NCBI GenBank assembly: GCA_964447495.1
Contig: CAYUTF010000002.1
Span: 51,639-115,638, forward strand
Length of the DNA stretch: 64,000 nt
Direction of reading: 5' to 3'
Source of the DNA: an uncultured archaeon
Lineage (GTDB): Archaea > Asgardarchaeota > Lokiarchaeia > Sigyniarchaeales > SOKP01
A program made the translations under genes and the position numbers. Below are positions 42,663-53,124 of the stretch, piece after piece (positions within the stretch are counted from its first letter, which is position 1; the number at the start of each line of letters is the position of its first letter). The notes beneath the pieces were generated by a model that was given only the letters and a program-made list of their open reading frames with translations, made no database searches and had not been told where the DNA came from.

Positions 42663-43973
42663 TTACGCATCAAGGTTTTCAAGTAGTATAGCAACGCCCT
42701 GTCCACCACCACAACAGGCGTTTGCAACTCCATATTTCGCTTTTTTCTCCTTAAGAATGCGAGCTAATGTACCTGGTAATCGTACCATTGTAGAGCCTAA
42801 TGGATGACCTATCGCTGTTGCACCTCCCTTGATGTTAACTTTCTCTTCAGGAATGTTGAAGTAATGCATGCATCCAAGTGTGACAATACAAAAAGCTTCG
42901 TTTATTTCCCAGAAATCAATTTGATCTGCTTTTAATCCAGCATGTTTTAAAGCCATTTCTGTTGCGGGTATTGGTCCCCATCCCATAATAGTAGGATCAA
43001 CACCTGCCCATCCTATACTGACGACTTTAGCCATTGGTTCAAGTCCCCGCTTTTTAGCTTCCCCCGCTTCCATTAATACTGCTGCTGTAGCCCCAGCATT
43101 TAAAGGACTAGAATTACCTGCTGTTATGACTCCTTCTTTCGTTCCTTCTCTCTCAAGATATCCTTCCTTACCCCCAATATCCACACCTTTCCAATTCTTT
43201 TTGAGATAGAAAGGTTTTGAAAGTCTTCTCAATGCTGCAACTTTTTCTAGAACAGATTTTCTAGCAGCCATATCTTTAGTTATCATCATTTTCTCATCAG
43301 GATTGCCTTCAGCATGTCCTTCAATGGGGATGATTTCACCATCAAACCATCCTTTTTCTTGATTTTCAACCGTTAGGTTATGACTTCTTACTCCAAACTT
43401 ATCTAAATCTTCTTTAATAAACGCAGGAGTAATATATTCATATAATTTTTGAGCTGTCTGCAACATGTTTGTAGTGGTAAGTAAATCATATTCTGGTCGA
43501 TACCATATACTATTTTTATTTATCATCAATAAGTTAGGTTTAATATGCGGATTATTTTTTAAATCCATACCTACACGAGTCATATGTTCAAAACCGGTGG
43601 CTAATGTGCATTTACTATATCCACACATGATTTCCATAGCACCTACATGAAATCCGCTACCTGCAGAACCACATTGTCTATCAACACATAATCCAGGAAC
43701 AGTCACAGGAAAGCTTGCCATAAAAAGGGGTAAGCGACCCCCATAGGTCCAATTCTCTCCTACAGCCATCGCTGATCCAATAGTGTATTCATCAATATCT
43801 TTTTTTTCAATGCCTTTATCTGCTAATTTTTCATCAAAAAATTTCATTAATAAATGAGCCATTAGTTCATCTGCACGTTGATCACCAAAAACATCTCGTT
43901 CAGGAGTATCTGGTCTTGAACGAGAAAAAGCAGTGCGTGCATAATCAATAAGCCATACTTCTTTTGTTTCCAT
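42663..43973 (-). CDS. Acetyl-CoA C-acyltransferase (thiolase)
   Basis: DRQCGS, EINEAF, GHPLG, CCGGGQG. Confidence 0.93.
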   Translation of the reverse strand: METKEVWLIDYARTAFSRSRPDTPERDVFGDQRADELMAHLLMKFFDEKLADKGIEKKDIDEYTIGSAMAVGENWTYGGRLPLFMASFPVTVPGLCVDRQCGSAGSGFHVGAMEIMCGYSKCTLATGFEHMTRVGMDLKNNPHIKPNLLMINKNSIWYRPEYDLLTTTNMLQTAQKLYEYITPAFIKEDLDKFGVRSHNLTVENQEKGWFDGEIIPIEGHAEGNPDEKMMITKDMAARKSVLEKVAALRRLSKPFYLKKNWKGVDIGGKEGYLEREGTKEGVITAGNSSPLNAGATAAVLMEAGEAKKRGLEPMAKVVSIGWAGVDPTIMGWGPIPATEMALKHAGLKADQIDFWEINEAFCIVTLGCMHYFNIPEEKVNIKGGATAIGHPLGSTMVRLPGTLARILKEKKAKYGVANACCGGGQGVAILLENLDA

Positions 43974-44182
43974 ATTAGATTTTACCTCAATATTTTGAAT
44001 GAATTTTTAATTTATTTCGAATAAGATTTTATTCTAGCTTAAGAAATCGTAAAAATATATTAAAGTTTTTGATAAAATAGAGTCTAGAGATACACAAACA
44101 AGTTAGCATTTTTGAAAATAAATAACGCGATTATGTTGTTTTTTTAGAATTATTTTTATTTTTAGAAAATTTAAGATAAAAT

Positions 44183-44605
44183 ATGACCATTTCGCATGGA
44201 GAAAAAAATCATAACGCATTAATTTCTATAATTGCTGGTAGTACTTCAGATAAAGAAGTATATGGAAAAGCTGAAGAAGTTTTAAAAGAGAATAAAATTG
44301 CTTATGATTTACAAATTATTTCCGCTCATCGTGATCCAGATAAACTTGATAAATATTTAAAATCCTGTAAAAGTCTTATTTATATTGCTGTTGCTGGATT
44401 ATCTGCGGCATTACCTGGGGTTATTGCTTCAAAAACAAACAAACCTGTGATTGGTGTCCCTGTAAGCGCTAAATTGGGAGGTTTAGATGCATTATTATCA
44501 ATTGTTCAAATGCCTCCAAGAGTACCAGTGGCCTGTGTTGGAATCGATCGGGGAGATAATGCTGCTTATTTAGCAATTAGAATTCTTAATCTTATAAACA
44601 AATGA
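44183..44605 (+). CDS. purE: N5-CAIR mutase/AIR carboxylase
   Basis: [30 protein letters not shown]. Confidence 0.93.
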   Translation: MTISHGEKNHNALISIIAGSTSDKEVYGKAEEVLKENKIAYDLQIISAHRDPDKLDKYLKSCKSLIYIAVAGLSAALPGVIASKTNKPVIGVPVSAKLGGLDALLSIVQMPPRVPVACVGIDRGDNAAYLAIRILNLINK

Positions 44606-44618
44606 AAGGAGAGCAATT

Positions 44619-45329
44619 GTGAGTAATACTAAAGTAGAAATTGGGAAAAAAAATGCTGCTATAAAAGCGATTGATGATAATATTAAAGAGAATTTAGTTA
44701 TAGGAATAGGCAGTGGCTCTACAATTGTATACGCAGTGAATCGAATTGGTGAATTAAATAAAAAAAGAGAATTAAATCTTAAATGCATACCCTCTTCATT
44801 TCAAGCTCGCCAATTAATCATAGATAATAATTTGAATTTAGTTTCAATGGAACAATATCCTGAAATCGATATAGATTTTGATGGTGCTGATGAGATTGAT
44901 CAAAATCTTAACCTTATCAAGGGAGGTGGAGGATGCTTAGTTCAGGAGAAAATTTTAGCATCTAATTCGAAAGAGACGATAATTATAGTAGATTATAGAA
45001 AAAATTCAACCCATTTAGGAGAAAATTGGAAAAAAGGTGTACCGATAGAAGTTATTCCAATGGCATTTAATCCTTTATTAAAAAAATTTTCAAAGATGGG
45101 AGGTAAACCTATACTAAGAATGGCTCAAGCAAAAGCAGGACCGCTCGTAACTGATAATAATAACTTCATTATTGATGTTAATTTTGGAGTGATAAAGAAT
45201 CCATTAGAATTAAATAAGCAATTATTAAATATTCCAGGAGTAGTAGATACGGGATTGTTTATAGATTTGGCTACAAAAGTCTATATTGGACAAGAAAATG
45301 GAGAAATTCTCATCTTAAAAGGTAAATAA
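44619..45329 (+). CDS. rpiA: Ribose-5-phosphate isomerase A
   Basis: GIGSGST, DGADE, KGGGG, EK, IPGVVDTGLF. Confidence 0.95.
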   Translation: MSNTKVEIGKKNAAIKAIDDNIKENLVIGIGSGSTIVYAVNRIGELNKKRELNLKCIPSSFQARQLIIDNNLNLVSMEQYPEIDIDFDGADEIDQNLNLIKGGGGCLVQEKILASNSKETIIIVDYRKNSTHLGENWKKGVPIEVIPMAFNPLLKKFSKMGGKPILRMAQAKAGPLVTDNNNFIIDVNFGVIKNPLELNKQLLNIPGVVDTGLFIDLATKVYIGQENGEILILKGK

Positions 45330-45354
45330 AAAAAGAAAAAGAAAATACTTATTA

Positions 45355-48300
45355 TTATTCAAAATAAAGTGTTTTTCCGCAATTTGGGCAGAAATTTTTA
45401 GGACTTCCTATATTATATCCACAATATGGGCAATAAAAGCCAATTCTGTATCCTTGAGATCCAGAAGGCTGTGTTTCATATGTTGTGTCTTGTTCCGGAG
45501 TCGTGTAATAATCTTGCGGATAGTATTCTGATGATTCTGCTGATCTCTTAGATCTTCTCGACTTTACTACTAATGTGATGATTACAATTGCTCCTATACC
45601 AATAATTAAACCCACAATTATTAATATTAGTACTAAATCTAATTGAAGTGAAGCTCGTATTGATAAAAGTATTAGGAAGTCTTCAGATCCACCTTCACTA
45701 TCAATAAGAGTTATTAATAGTATCGCCAAGTACCCCTCATCTGTGGAAGTATCATAATTCGTTGCAGTAGAAATATATTTTATTCCCGAAATTGAATTAT
45801 AAGCAATGGTATATGGTATAACAAATGTTCCTTGATGTGAGTTTGTTCCAGATTGATAACTGAGCTCTTTAAGAGGTAAAGACCTTGGATATATTATGTT
45901 TATATACCCATCAACAGTAGTGGAGACTATAAATAAATTTACTGAAATTCTCATATTTGCACTATTGATATCTTCATAAGAAACTGAATCAGCTGCAGCA
46001 ACACTGAAATCTAAAGAAGAGCCTTGAGAAACAGGAATTAAATAAGAACTTTCTCCTTCATAGGTTTCATCGAAAGCAAACGTTGTTTGACCATCTATGG
46101 TAATAAAAGAACTCGATTCTATAAATGTAGGAGGATTATTCCTCACTTCAAATGGAAAACGAGGAGAGTAAGGATTGGTATAATTTGTAGCTGTGTTTTT
46201 AGAAATAATATAAAATATCGCAACTCCAGAAGGATCCGACAAAGAAGGATCAAAATCATATCTATATGCACTAAAAGGCATATTATAGGTCATAGAAAAG
46301 GTTTTATTCACCGTTTTTTTGGTATTGTAAAATGAATATGAATAAATTGAGAGATAAGCATTCACATCATATAAAGTATTATCTAAATCAGCGAGAAGCC
46401 ACGTAGAGTCTCCTAGTTCTCGATATACTGGACTGGATGAAACATCTAACGAATTAATCGATGGCATAGAAGCAGGATTGTAGTATAAAATTTTGGAATT
46501 CTTTTGATATATAGTTGAACCTAGAGTGAAGTTTAGAGAAATTGTATAAGGAGAATAATTTGTACTTGGTAGAGAAAAAGTGGTATTGTAGGCGATTCCA
46601 TCTTCGATTGATGTTGTTGTAATTGTTTCAAAGTATCCAGTATTACTGATAATAATACTTAAATTAGTATTTAATATACTCGAATCAATAGGCTTTCCTA
46701 GTTCTTTATCTTTGATATATATGCTCAAATTGATTTGGGCATTAGCAGTTCTTTCTGAATCGAGACCTATTTGAATAGAGATGTCGTCAGCGGAGAAAAA
46801 ATAGTCCATTAAATTTTGAGCTAATTTTGCATGATCTAATTGATAATTAGTTGACGTATAAAATTCACTTGCCCAATATAAATCTCCGAAAGCAACTAAT
46901 TTTCCTCCAAGATTAGTTTCGTTATACGTAGCAACTACTGTATTACCATCGAGTGAAGCGATAGATTCAGATTTTACTCCTACATCAAACGTGTTTCCAT
47001 AATTCCATTGAAATTTATCAACACCATTAAAAATTGGAGAAACACTAAGATCAGTGACACTCTGAGAATTTATGCTAGCACCTATACCCAACCAATTCTC
47101 ATTATATACATTTTCTTCATTTATTGTGATATCAGAGCCCAAAATCGAAAAGAGTGTATTTATATTATCGATACACAAATCTTGATATCTTGTACCTAAA
47201 AATAAGATATTTCCGCCATTTTCAAAATAGCTATTGAGATTTTTCATCTCCTCCAATGTATATGGCAAGATCGGATTCTGTAATACAATAAGATCATACT
47301 GGGCTAAACGTTCTTCGGTTAAGAGCGAATTATCGTAATCAACATTGTAATATGGAGTCCAATATTGTGCGCTATAATCTACAGAGATATTTAACTCAGT
47401 CAAATCCTTCATGAAAGCATAAAAATCCATTTGATAAAATGAAATTTCGGGAAACCAATCATTTAACCCATGATAGGATTCCATTAGAACCTTATATTCA
47501 GGAAATTTGATATCGATGGTTATTATTATTGAATCGTATACGTTCGCTCCAATTGTGAGATTCATTTCAAAACTTCTTATACCGGGGTTCGCTCCCTGCT
47601 CAATTTCTATATCTAAGATTAAAAATTTAACATTTTCTTCACTAAAGGTAAGGGTAGTATGATCTAAATCTAATTTTAAACCGTTAATTTTGTTTGGAAT
47701 GTTCACATCGTAAGAATTTGCTTTTCCAGAAATCACAGTAATATTAAACGATTGGGCATCACCTGGAAAATTCAATAAATCAAATGGTTTAAGTGGAATT
47801 ATATCTGGAAAGAATTTAGCAGTATCATTTACATCCAATGAAATACTATCTAGATATTCTAAAGATGCTGACACATTTATTAAACCCGCCCCAAATTTAA
47901 GAGTATCATCACTATCATAGTTTGATAATGGTTTCGCTCCTTCTAATAACGCAATCCTAGCCGTTTCAGGTGTAATTGAAGGGTATGCTTCTTTTAAAAT
48001 GGCTAAGGCTCCAGCAACGATAGGACAGGCCATACTAGTTCCACTTAAAGGAATATAATCACCATCGTCAGGAAAATCAAAATAATCTCCAATATATCGT
48101 TTTTCATCTGAAATTACTGAACCTGGTGCCTCAGTAGAGATTACATTAACACCAGGTGCAACTACATCAGGATAACCTAAATAAGTTAAAGTCGGACCCC
48201 AACTCGTAAAAGAAGCTAGGTAATTATTTTTATCTGTCGCTCCAACAGCAATTACATCATTACCCGAGGCAGGTGATCCCCCTGTAAGATAATCTGGTCC

Positions 48301-49344
48301 GGAGTTCCCTGCAGAAGATACTAATATGACGCCATAATCATTAGCTACTTTTGAGATAGTAAGGGTCATTGCATCATTGAAATCTGGCAACCCTCCACCA
48401 AAACTCATAGAAATGATATCTGCTCCTGGTCCTCCGCTTAACTCCGGCTTTACAGCCCATTGAATAGCAGCAATAATATCTCCATCACTTAAACCTGTAA
48501 AATTTCCTGCTCTAGCATTAATTAACGAAACACCTGGCGCGACACCTCTATATTTCCCACTTGAAGAAATACCCGTGCTACCAATCAGACCAGCAGCATG
48601 GGTTCCATGACCATAATCATCATTTGAATTAAATAGGTCTCCTGTCACAAAACTTTCATTGGCAACGATATTTAAATCAGGATGTTCATATATACCCGTA
48701 TCTACTACAGCTACTCTTACACCCGTGCCATCGTAAGTTAAATCATCAGCACCTATTGCAGGGATCCACCAATTTGGATAATCATTAGCATTTAAGCTAC
48801 TAGAATTCGGAATTCCATCAGAATAATCTGGATTTTTATAAAATTGGGATTTACATATTTTAGAAATTTCTGTTACTCCATTAAGAATCTCTTGTTTTGA
48901 AATTAATTCTGCAGATTTACATATTAAATATACTCCAGAGATGATATTATAATTGCTAATAATCTCATAAAACTCGAATATATTATCAATAATATTGATT
49001 CGATCTTCCTTAGCTATTCCCTCTTTAAAAAGTATGATTACTTTTACCCTATCTGATGCTGATTCGTATCCTAAAGAATAATTTAAGAGAAATTCTGTGA
49101 GGGATTCATCAAAGATGGTCACTTCTTTGTTATTATTATAATTAGAATCAATATTAATTTCATCTTGGTCTGTTGAGATTAACTTGGTTAAATAATCATA
49201 ATCTAGGTTAACATTCGTAGCAACATTCTTGTCAACGTTTAAATTGTAGCTATAGGCTATCAATGGGATGCTTAGTAAATTGATTAGGATGAATGTTAAG
49301 ATTAAGGCTTTTTTGTATATTTCGAAATATTTCATAGCTATCAA
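45355..49344 (-). CDS. Membrane-anchored S8 subtilisin-like protease with cytoplasmic zinc-ribbon tail
   Basis: Signal peptide; VDTG, HGTH, SAGNSG, SGTSMACP; C-terminal TM; CPYCG..FCPNCG. Confidence 0.92.
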   Translation of the reverse strand: MIAMKYFEIYKKALILTFILINLLSIPLIAYSYNLNVDKNVATNVNLDYDYLTKLISTDQDEINIDSNYNNNKEVTIFDESLTEFLLNYSLGYESASDRVKVIILFKEGIAKEDRINIIDNIFEFYEIISNYNIISGVYLICKSAELISKQEILNGVTEISKICKSQFYKNPDYSDGIPNSSSLNANDYPNWWIPAIGADDLTYDGTGVRVAVVDTGIYEHPDLNIVANESFVTGDLFNSNDDYGHGTHAAGLIGSTGISSSGKYRGVAPGVSLINARAGNFTGLSDGDIIAAIQWAVKPELSGGPGADIISMSFGGGLPDFNDAMTLTISKVANDYGVILVSSAGNSGPDYLTGGSPASGNDVIAVGATDKNNYLASFTSWGPTLTYLGYPDVVAPGVNVISTEAPGSVISDEKRYIGDYFDFPDDGDYIPLSGTSMACPIVAGALAILKEAYPSITPETARIALLEGAKPLSNYDSDDTLKFGAGLINVSASLEYLDSISLDVNDTAKFFPDIIPLKPFDLLNFPGDAQSFNITVISGKANSYDVNIPNKINGLKLDLDHTTLTFSEENVKFLILDIEIEQGANPGIRSFEMNLTIGANVYDSIIITIDIKFPEYKVLMESYHGLNDWFPEISFYQMDFYAFMKDLTELNISVDYSAQYWTPYYNVDYDNSLLTEERLAQYDLIVLQNPILPYTLEEMKNLNSYFENGGNILFLGTRYQDLCIDNINTLFSILGSDITINEENVYNENWLGIGASINSQSVTDLSVSPIFNGVDKFQWNYGNTFDVGVKSESIASLDGNTVVATYNETNLGGKLVAFGDLYWASEFYTSTNYQLDHAKLAQNLMDYFFSADDISIQIGLDSERTANAQINLSIYIKDKELGKPIDSSILNTNLSIIISNTGYFETITTTSIEDGIAYNTTFSLPSTNYSPYTISLNFTLGSTIYQKNSKILYYNPASMPSINSLDVSSSPVYRELGDSTWLLADLDNTLYDVNAYLSIYSYSFYNTKKTVNKTFSMTYNMPFSAYRYDFDPSLSDPSGVAIFYIISKNTATNYTNPYSPRFPFEVRNNPPTFIESSSFITIDGQTTFAFDETYEGESSYLIPVSQGSSLDFSVAAADSVSYEDINSANMRISVNLFIVSTTVDGYINIIYPRSLPLKELSYQSGTNSHQGTFVIPYTIAYNSISGIKYISTATNYDTSTDEGYLAILLITLIDSEGGSEDFLILLSIRASLQLDLVLILIIVGLIIGIGAIVIITLVVKSRRSKRSAESSEYYPQDYYTTPEQDTTYETQPSGSQGYRIGFYCPYCGYNIGSPKNFCPNCGKTLYFE

Positions 49345-49480
49345 ATACCAATAGAGCTATTTATTTTTAATTTTAATAATTCAAAAACCATAATTTTTTT
49401 TAAAAACTGATTATTATTAAATTTACAGCTAACTTTCTTTATGTGTTTTGAAATGTTGATATATAGCTGTTATTAACATT

Positions 49481-49580
49481 GGGGCTGTGGATTAGTGGAA
49501 GATCGTTCGCTTGGCATGCGAAAGTTAAGGCACTTTTACCTAACCGTAAGAGGCCGGGGGTTCAATTCCCCCCAGCTCCA
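49481..49580 (+). tRNA. tRNA-Ala(GGC) with a 28-nt intron at 49523-49550
   Basis: Acceptor GGGGCTG/CAGCTCC with G3:U70; D stem GATT/GATC; anticodon arm TTCGC-TTGGCAT-GCGAA; T arm GGGGG-TTCAATT-CCCCC. Confidence 0.95.
49523..49550 (+). other. BHB tRNA intron at position 43/44
   Basis: UGCG AA|A GUUA...UAAC CGUA AG|A; removal gives a canonical AGGCC variable loop. Confidence 0.88.
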
Positions 49581-49614
49581 CTCTATCTTATTGTTAAATG
49601 ATGAGTGAGAAGAA

Positions 49615-50145
49615 ATGGATAAAAAAAAATTGGATCATTTAGTGGAAGTTATTAAAAAGAAAGATGGTTATGAATGTCAAAAATGCGGTCTTTGCTGTGG
49701 CGCATACCGACATGATATACAGATAACGAAAGAAGATTATGAAGAATTGCTTGAATTTGGTTACGATGTGTCCCATATAAAAAGAAATATTACTAGTAGC
49801 GAAGATAGAATGTTCTATGAAATAAATGAAGGTGGTATTGATAGAATATATTGGGGTGCAGTTATTCGATTTAATGGCGGTACTTGTCCTTATCTTGATA
49901 AAGAAACGAAATTATGTTCTTTGCATCCACATGAACCATTAATATGTAAAATATATCCTTGTACTATTCAAAGAATATATCCTTTTTCTGAGGGTACGAA
50001 GACAACAGATGATAAAGATATTAAGATGAAAGCATATGAAATTTGTAGAAAACCATGTTTGAAGGAAAGGGTGGATAAAGGGATTAAAGAATGGGAACCT
50101 GAATTTAAAAGTTATTATGTAGAGGAGTGTGAAGATCATGAATAA
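49615..50145 (+). CDS. YkgJ/FliB-like cysteine cluster protein
   Basis: CQKCGLCC, CPYLD...CSLH...P.ICKIYP. Confidence 0.8.
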   Translation: MDKKKLDHLVEVIKKKDGYECQKCGLCCGAYRHDIQITKEDYEELLEFGYDVSHIKRNITSSEDRMFYEINEGGIDRIYWGAVIRFNGGTCPYLDKETKLCSLHPHEPLICKIYPCTIQRIYPFSEGTKTTDDKDIKMKAYEICRKPCLKERVDKGIKEWEPEFKSYYVEECEDHE

Positions 50146-50414
50146 AAAAAAACATGGTGAGAATTCACACCAATTATTTTAGTAAAGCTATAATAATCTT
50201 CGTGAAATCGGCATTTCACGATCAGAAAAAAATGATTTGAAATCAAAATCTCTTTCGACTTATGATTTCGACAGATATAGAATTCTTTCTAAACCATCAT
50301 ACTATAAAAAAGTCGAGCAAGATATACGAAAAAAGTTTCAAATTCCTGATTTTATTCCAACAAATTTTTAAATACTCATGTTATCTCTGGAACTGGTGAG
50401 GTGAAAAAAGAAAA

Positions 50415-50978
50415 ATGAAAAAATTAACCGACCAAGAATGGAAGGATTTTCAAGAGAGGGTGAAACAAGTTAGTACATGGGAAAGAACACACAGAATAAA
50501 TTACTTCAGTATTACTTTTAATGTTTGGAAACATACTGATTCTAGCATCTCACTACAAAAAGATTCTGGTGGTTATTATAAAGTTCCAATCGTTCATAAT
50601 ACTGATAATGTGGAGGGTGTTTGGTGGAAATGGGACAAAGAGGAAGATTTTAGAAAGCTAAAAAGACAATTATTTATTACTAATGAGGAATGGAAATCAT
50701 TTTGTTTTAAAATGTATTATCTTAAACCATTTACCGATAGAGAATGGGAAATATTTAATTATTTAATGCATACAACAAGAAGTGAGTTTTCATTAGGAGT
50801 GAAACACGTCCCTTTATATCATTTTCACCCAACGAGAGAACATTTCACTCCCATAATAAATTCATTAAAATGGAAAGAAGAGAAAAAGAAAATCCATGAC
50901 AGAAATAGAATAGTAGGTCTTCTATTTATATCTTCTATATTATTTTTAATCGTTTTTATAAGAATTTTTTTATTGTGA
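50415..50978 (+). CDS. Hypothetical protein with repeated TxxEW motifs and a C-terminal TM
   Basis: GAGGTGA SD at 50398; LTDQEW, ITNEEW, FTDREW. Confidence 0.65.
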   Translation: MKKLTDQEWKDFQERVKQVSTWERTHRINYFSITFNVWKHTDSSISLQKDSGGYYKVPIVHNTDNVEGVWWKWDKEEDFRKLKRQLFITNEEWKSFCFKMYYLKPFTDREWEIFNYLMHTTRSEFSLGVKHVPLYHFHPTREHFTPIINSLKWKEEKKKIHDRNRIVGLLFISSILFLIVFIRIFLL

Positions 50979-50999
50979 ATTTTCCAGAGGTGAAAGAAA

Positions 51000-51347
51000 A
51001 TGGATAGAGAAAGAAATATATTAGATGGAATTGATTTAAGGAAAAAGCCAGACGATATGACTCAAGAAGAATGGAAATCCCTTTTAGAAAAGTTATATTG
51101 TAATAAACCTTTAAACGAGAAAGAATGGGAAGTATTCAATAAACTAATACAGGAATTGGAAGGAGAGACTATGAATATTGGAGTTCATTTTTATGCTAAG
51201 AGTTTTGAGATTAAGAATTTTCGTGTAGAAAATAAATATGTTAAAATTACAGAAAATCATCCTCCATTCATATTTGGGAACTATAAGCCTTCAGAGGAGA
51301 AACACTCGAAAAAACTATTTAGATTTAAGAGACGAAAAAATAAATAA
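51000..51347 (+). CDS. Hypothetical protein, partial paralogue of the upstream ORF
   Basis: GAGGTGA SD at 50987; MTQEEWKS..KLY..KPLNEKEWEVFN. Confidence 0.65.
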   Translation: MDRERNILDGIDLRKKPDDMTQEEWKSLLEKLYCNKPLNEKEWEVFNKLIQELEGETMNIGVHFYAKSFEIKNFRVENKYVKITENHPPFIFGNYKPSEEKHSKKLFRFKRRKNK

Positions 51348-51384
51348 CTAAATTCTTATGGGTTTTTTATTCGAGGTGAAAAAA

Positions 51385-51645
51385 ATGACTAGTTTGGATG
51401 AAAACGATTTTTTATATAGATTATATGAAGTTGTTCATAAACTTTCTATAATAGCATAAACAACAATAGATGAATATTATAATATTAGAGAATTAAATAT
51501 TACCATTGAAAAAGAGGATGCTTCCTCATTGGGCAAAGAAGACTTAAACGAGAAATTAAAGAGATCCGCAAGTAAGGGATATATTAACGCTTGTTATGTT
51601 TTTAGAGGGCTTATTGAATATTATAAAAATATAAAGAAAAAATAG
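51385..51645 (+). pseudogene. Disrupted small ORF
   Basis: GAGGTGA SD at 51373, ATG at 51385, stop after 24 codons; coding-like sequence resumes in another frame to ~51645. Confidence 0.4.
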
Positions 51646-51826
51646 TTTTTAAGTTCCTTTTTCCTTTTTCTTTGTTTGTTTTAAAAAAAAAAGGTTTTTT
51701 CCTCTCGCTTTCAAGCTATACTTATTCTCATTTTATTCATTTTCATTTCTTGGAATTATTTTATAAAAGAATTTATTGCCTTTCTCTTTAAAAAGTTTAA
51801 AATTAATCGCTTTTCTTATATGAATT

Positions 51827-52342
51827 ATGGCAATAAAGGAAGTATTGCTTTTAGGAAATCCAAAATTAAGAGAAAATTGCGTTCATATTGAGGAATTTAA
51901 CTCCGATTTAATTAACATAGTTAATGATCTTAAAGATACATTGTTACAACTTCAAAAAGAAAAAAAGATAGGGCGTGCAATAGCTGCTCCTCAAATTAAT
52001 TATATTAAAAGAGTTATATTTTACAACTTACCAGATAGAACCTTTACTATGATTAATCCAGAGGTAATTTGGCATAGTGAAGAAACTATAGATATATGGG
52101 ATAGTTGCTATTGCTTTAACGTCGAATTTTTCGTTAATATAAGAAGGTATAAAACTATTAAAGTACGATTTCAGGATACAAAGGGGAATAAAGTAGTGGA
52201 AACGTTTGACAATTCAATGTCAGAGCTGGTACAACATGAGATTGATCATCTTAATGGTATTTTAGCGACAGATCACTTGAAAGATATGAAAAACATCATT
52301 ATGAGAGTTGAATGGGAAAGGAGGTATAGGAAAGATGGATAA
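51827..52342 (+). CDS. def: Peptide deformylase-like protein
   Basis: GNPKLR, GRAIAAPQI, DSCYC in place of EGCLS, QHEIDHLNGIL. Confidence 0.85.
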   Translation: MAIKEVLLLGNPKLRENCVHIEEFNSDLINIVNDLKDTLLQLQKEKKIGRAIAAPQINYIKRVIFYNLPDRTFTMINPEVIWHSEETIDIWDSCYCFNVEFFVNIRRYKTIKVRFQDTKGNKVVETFDNSMSELVQHEIDHLNGILATDHLKDMKNIIMRVEWERRYRKDG

Positions 52343-53018
52343 ATTAAGAATTGGTATTTTGGGGGGAATAAGTTATGAATCTACTATAAAGTATTATGAA
52401 TTATTGATGTCAAAATATTATGAAACCCATTTAAACTATCATTATCCGGAAGTTGTAATTTTTAGTCTTAATTTCCAAAAATTTACTGATTTGGAAGATG
52501 CTCATGATAAAACAGGATATATAAATTATATACTAGATGGAATTAAAAGTTTAGAAGCCTCGCGTGTAGATATTATTGTGATGGCCGCTAACTCGCCTCA
52601 CGCTGTTTTCAATGAATTACAAGAAAACACTCATGTTCCAATCATAAACATTGTTGAAATTGTAGCGGAAAAAGCTTATAATGAAGGATTAAATACTTTG
52701 CTTTTATTGGGAATTAAATTTACTATGCAATCTAGTTTTTATCAAAAAATCTTTAAAGAGAAGGGAATGGAACTTCTAACACCTTCATTAAAAGAACAGA
52801 ATAAAATTAATGAAATCATCTTCAAAGAATTAGTATTGGGCGTTATATATGATAAGAGTAAAAATTATCTTATTCAACTTATTGAAAAGTATAATGTAGA
52901 TGGAGTTATACTTGGATGCACAGAGCTTCCAATGCTGATTAACCAACAAGACATAAACATTCCCGTATTGAATTCACTCGAATTACATATCGATGCTTTA
53001 TTAAAAAAGACACAATAA
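52335..53018 (+). CDS. Aspartate/glutamate racemase family protein
   Basis: IGILGGISYEST, AANSPH, ILGCTELP; ATG at 52335 overlaps the end of def. Confidence 0.88.
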   Translation: MDKLRIGILGGISYESTIKYYELLMSKYYETHLNYHYPEVVIFSLNFQKFTDLEDAHDKTGYINYILDGIKSLEASRVDIIVMAANSPHAVFNELQENTHVPIINIVEIVAEKAYNEGLNTLLLLGIKFTMQSSFYQKIFKEKGMELLTPSLKEQNKINEIIFKELVLGVIYDKSKNYLIQLIEKYNVDGVILGCTELPMLINQQDINIPVLNSLELHIDALLKKTQ

Positions 53019-53124
53019 AAATAGAAAACAGACCTTCATTTTCTATAATTATTCATAAAAATTATGATTAATAGCTTTTTTTAATTCTCAAATGTTAATT
53101 AATATTAATTATAGTATATGGTAA

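Noticed and set aside
50195-50228. Perfect hairpin CGTGAAAT-CGGC-ATTTCACG as a possible intron
   Set aside because: The central helix is mismatched and removal does not repair the disrupted ORF
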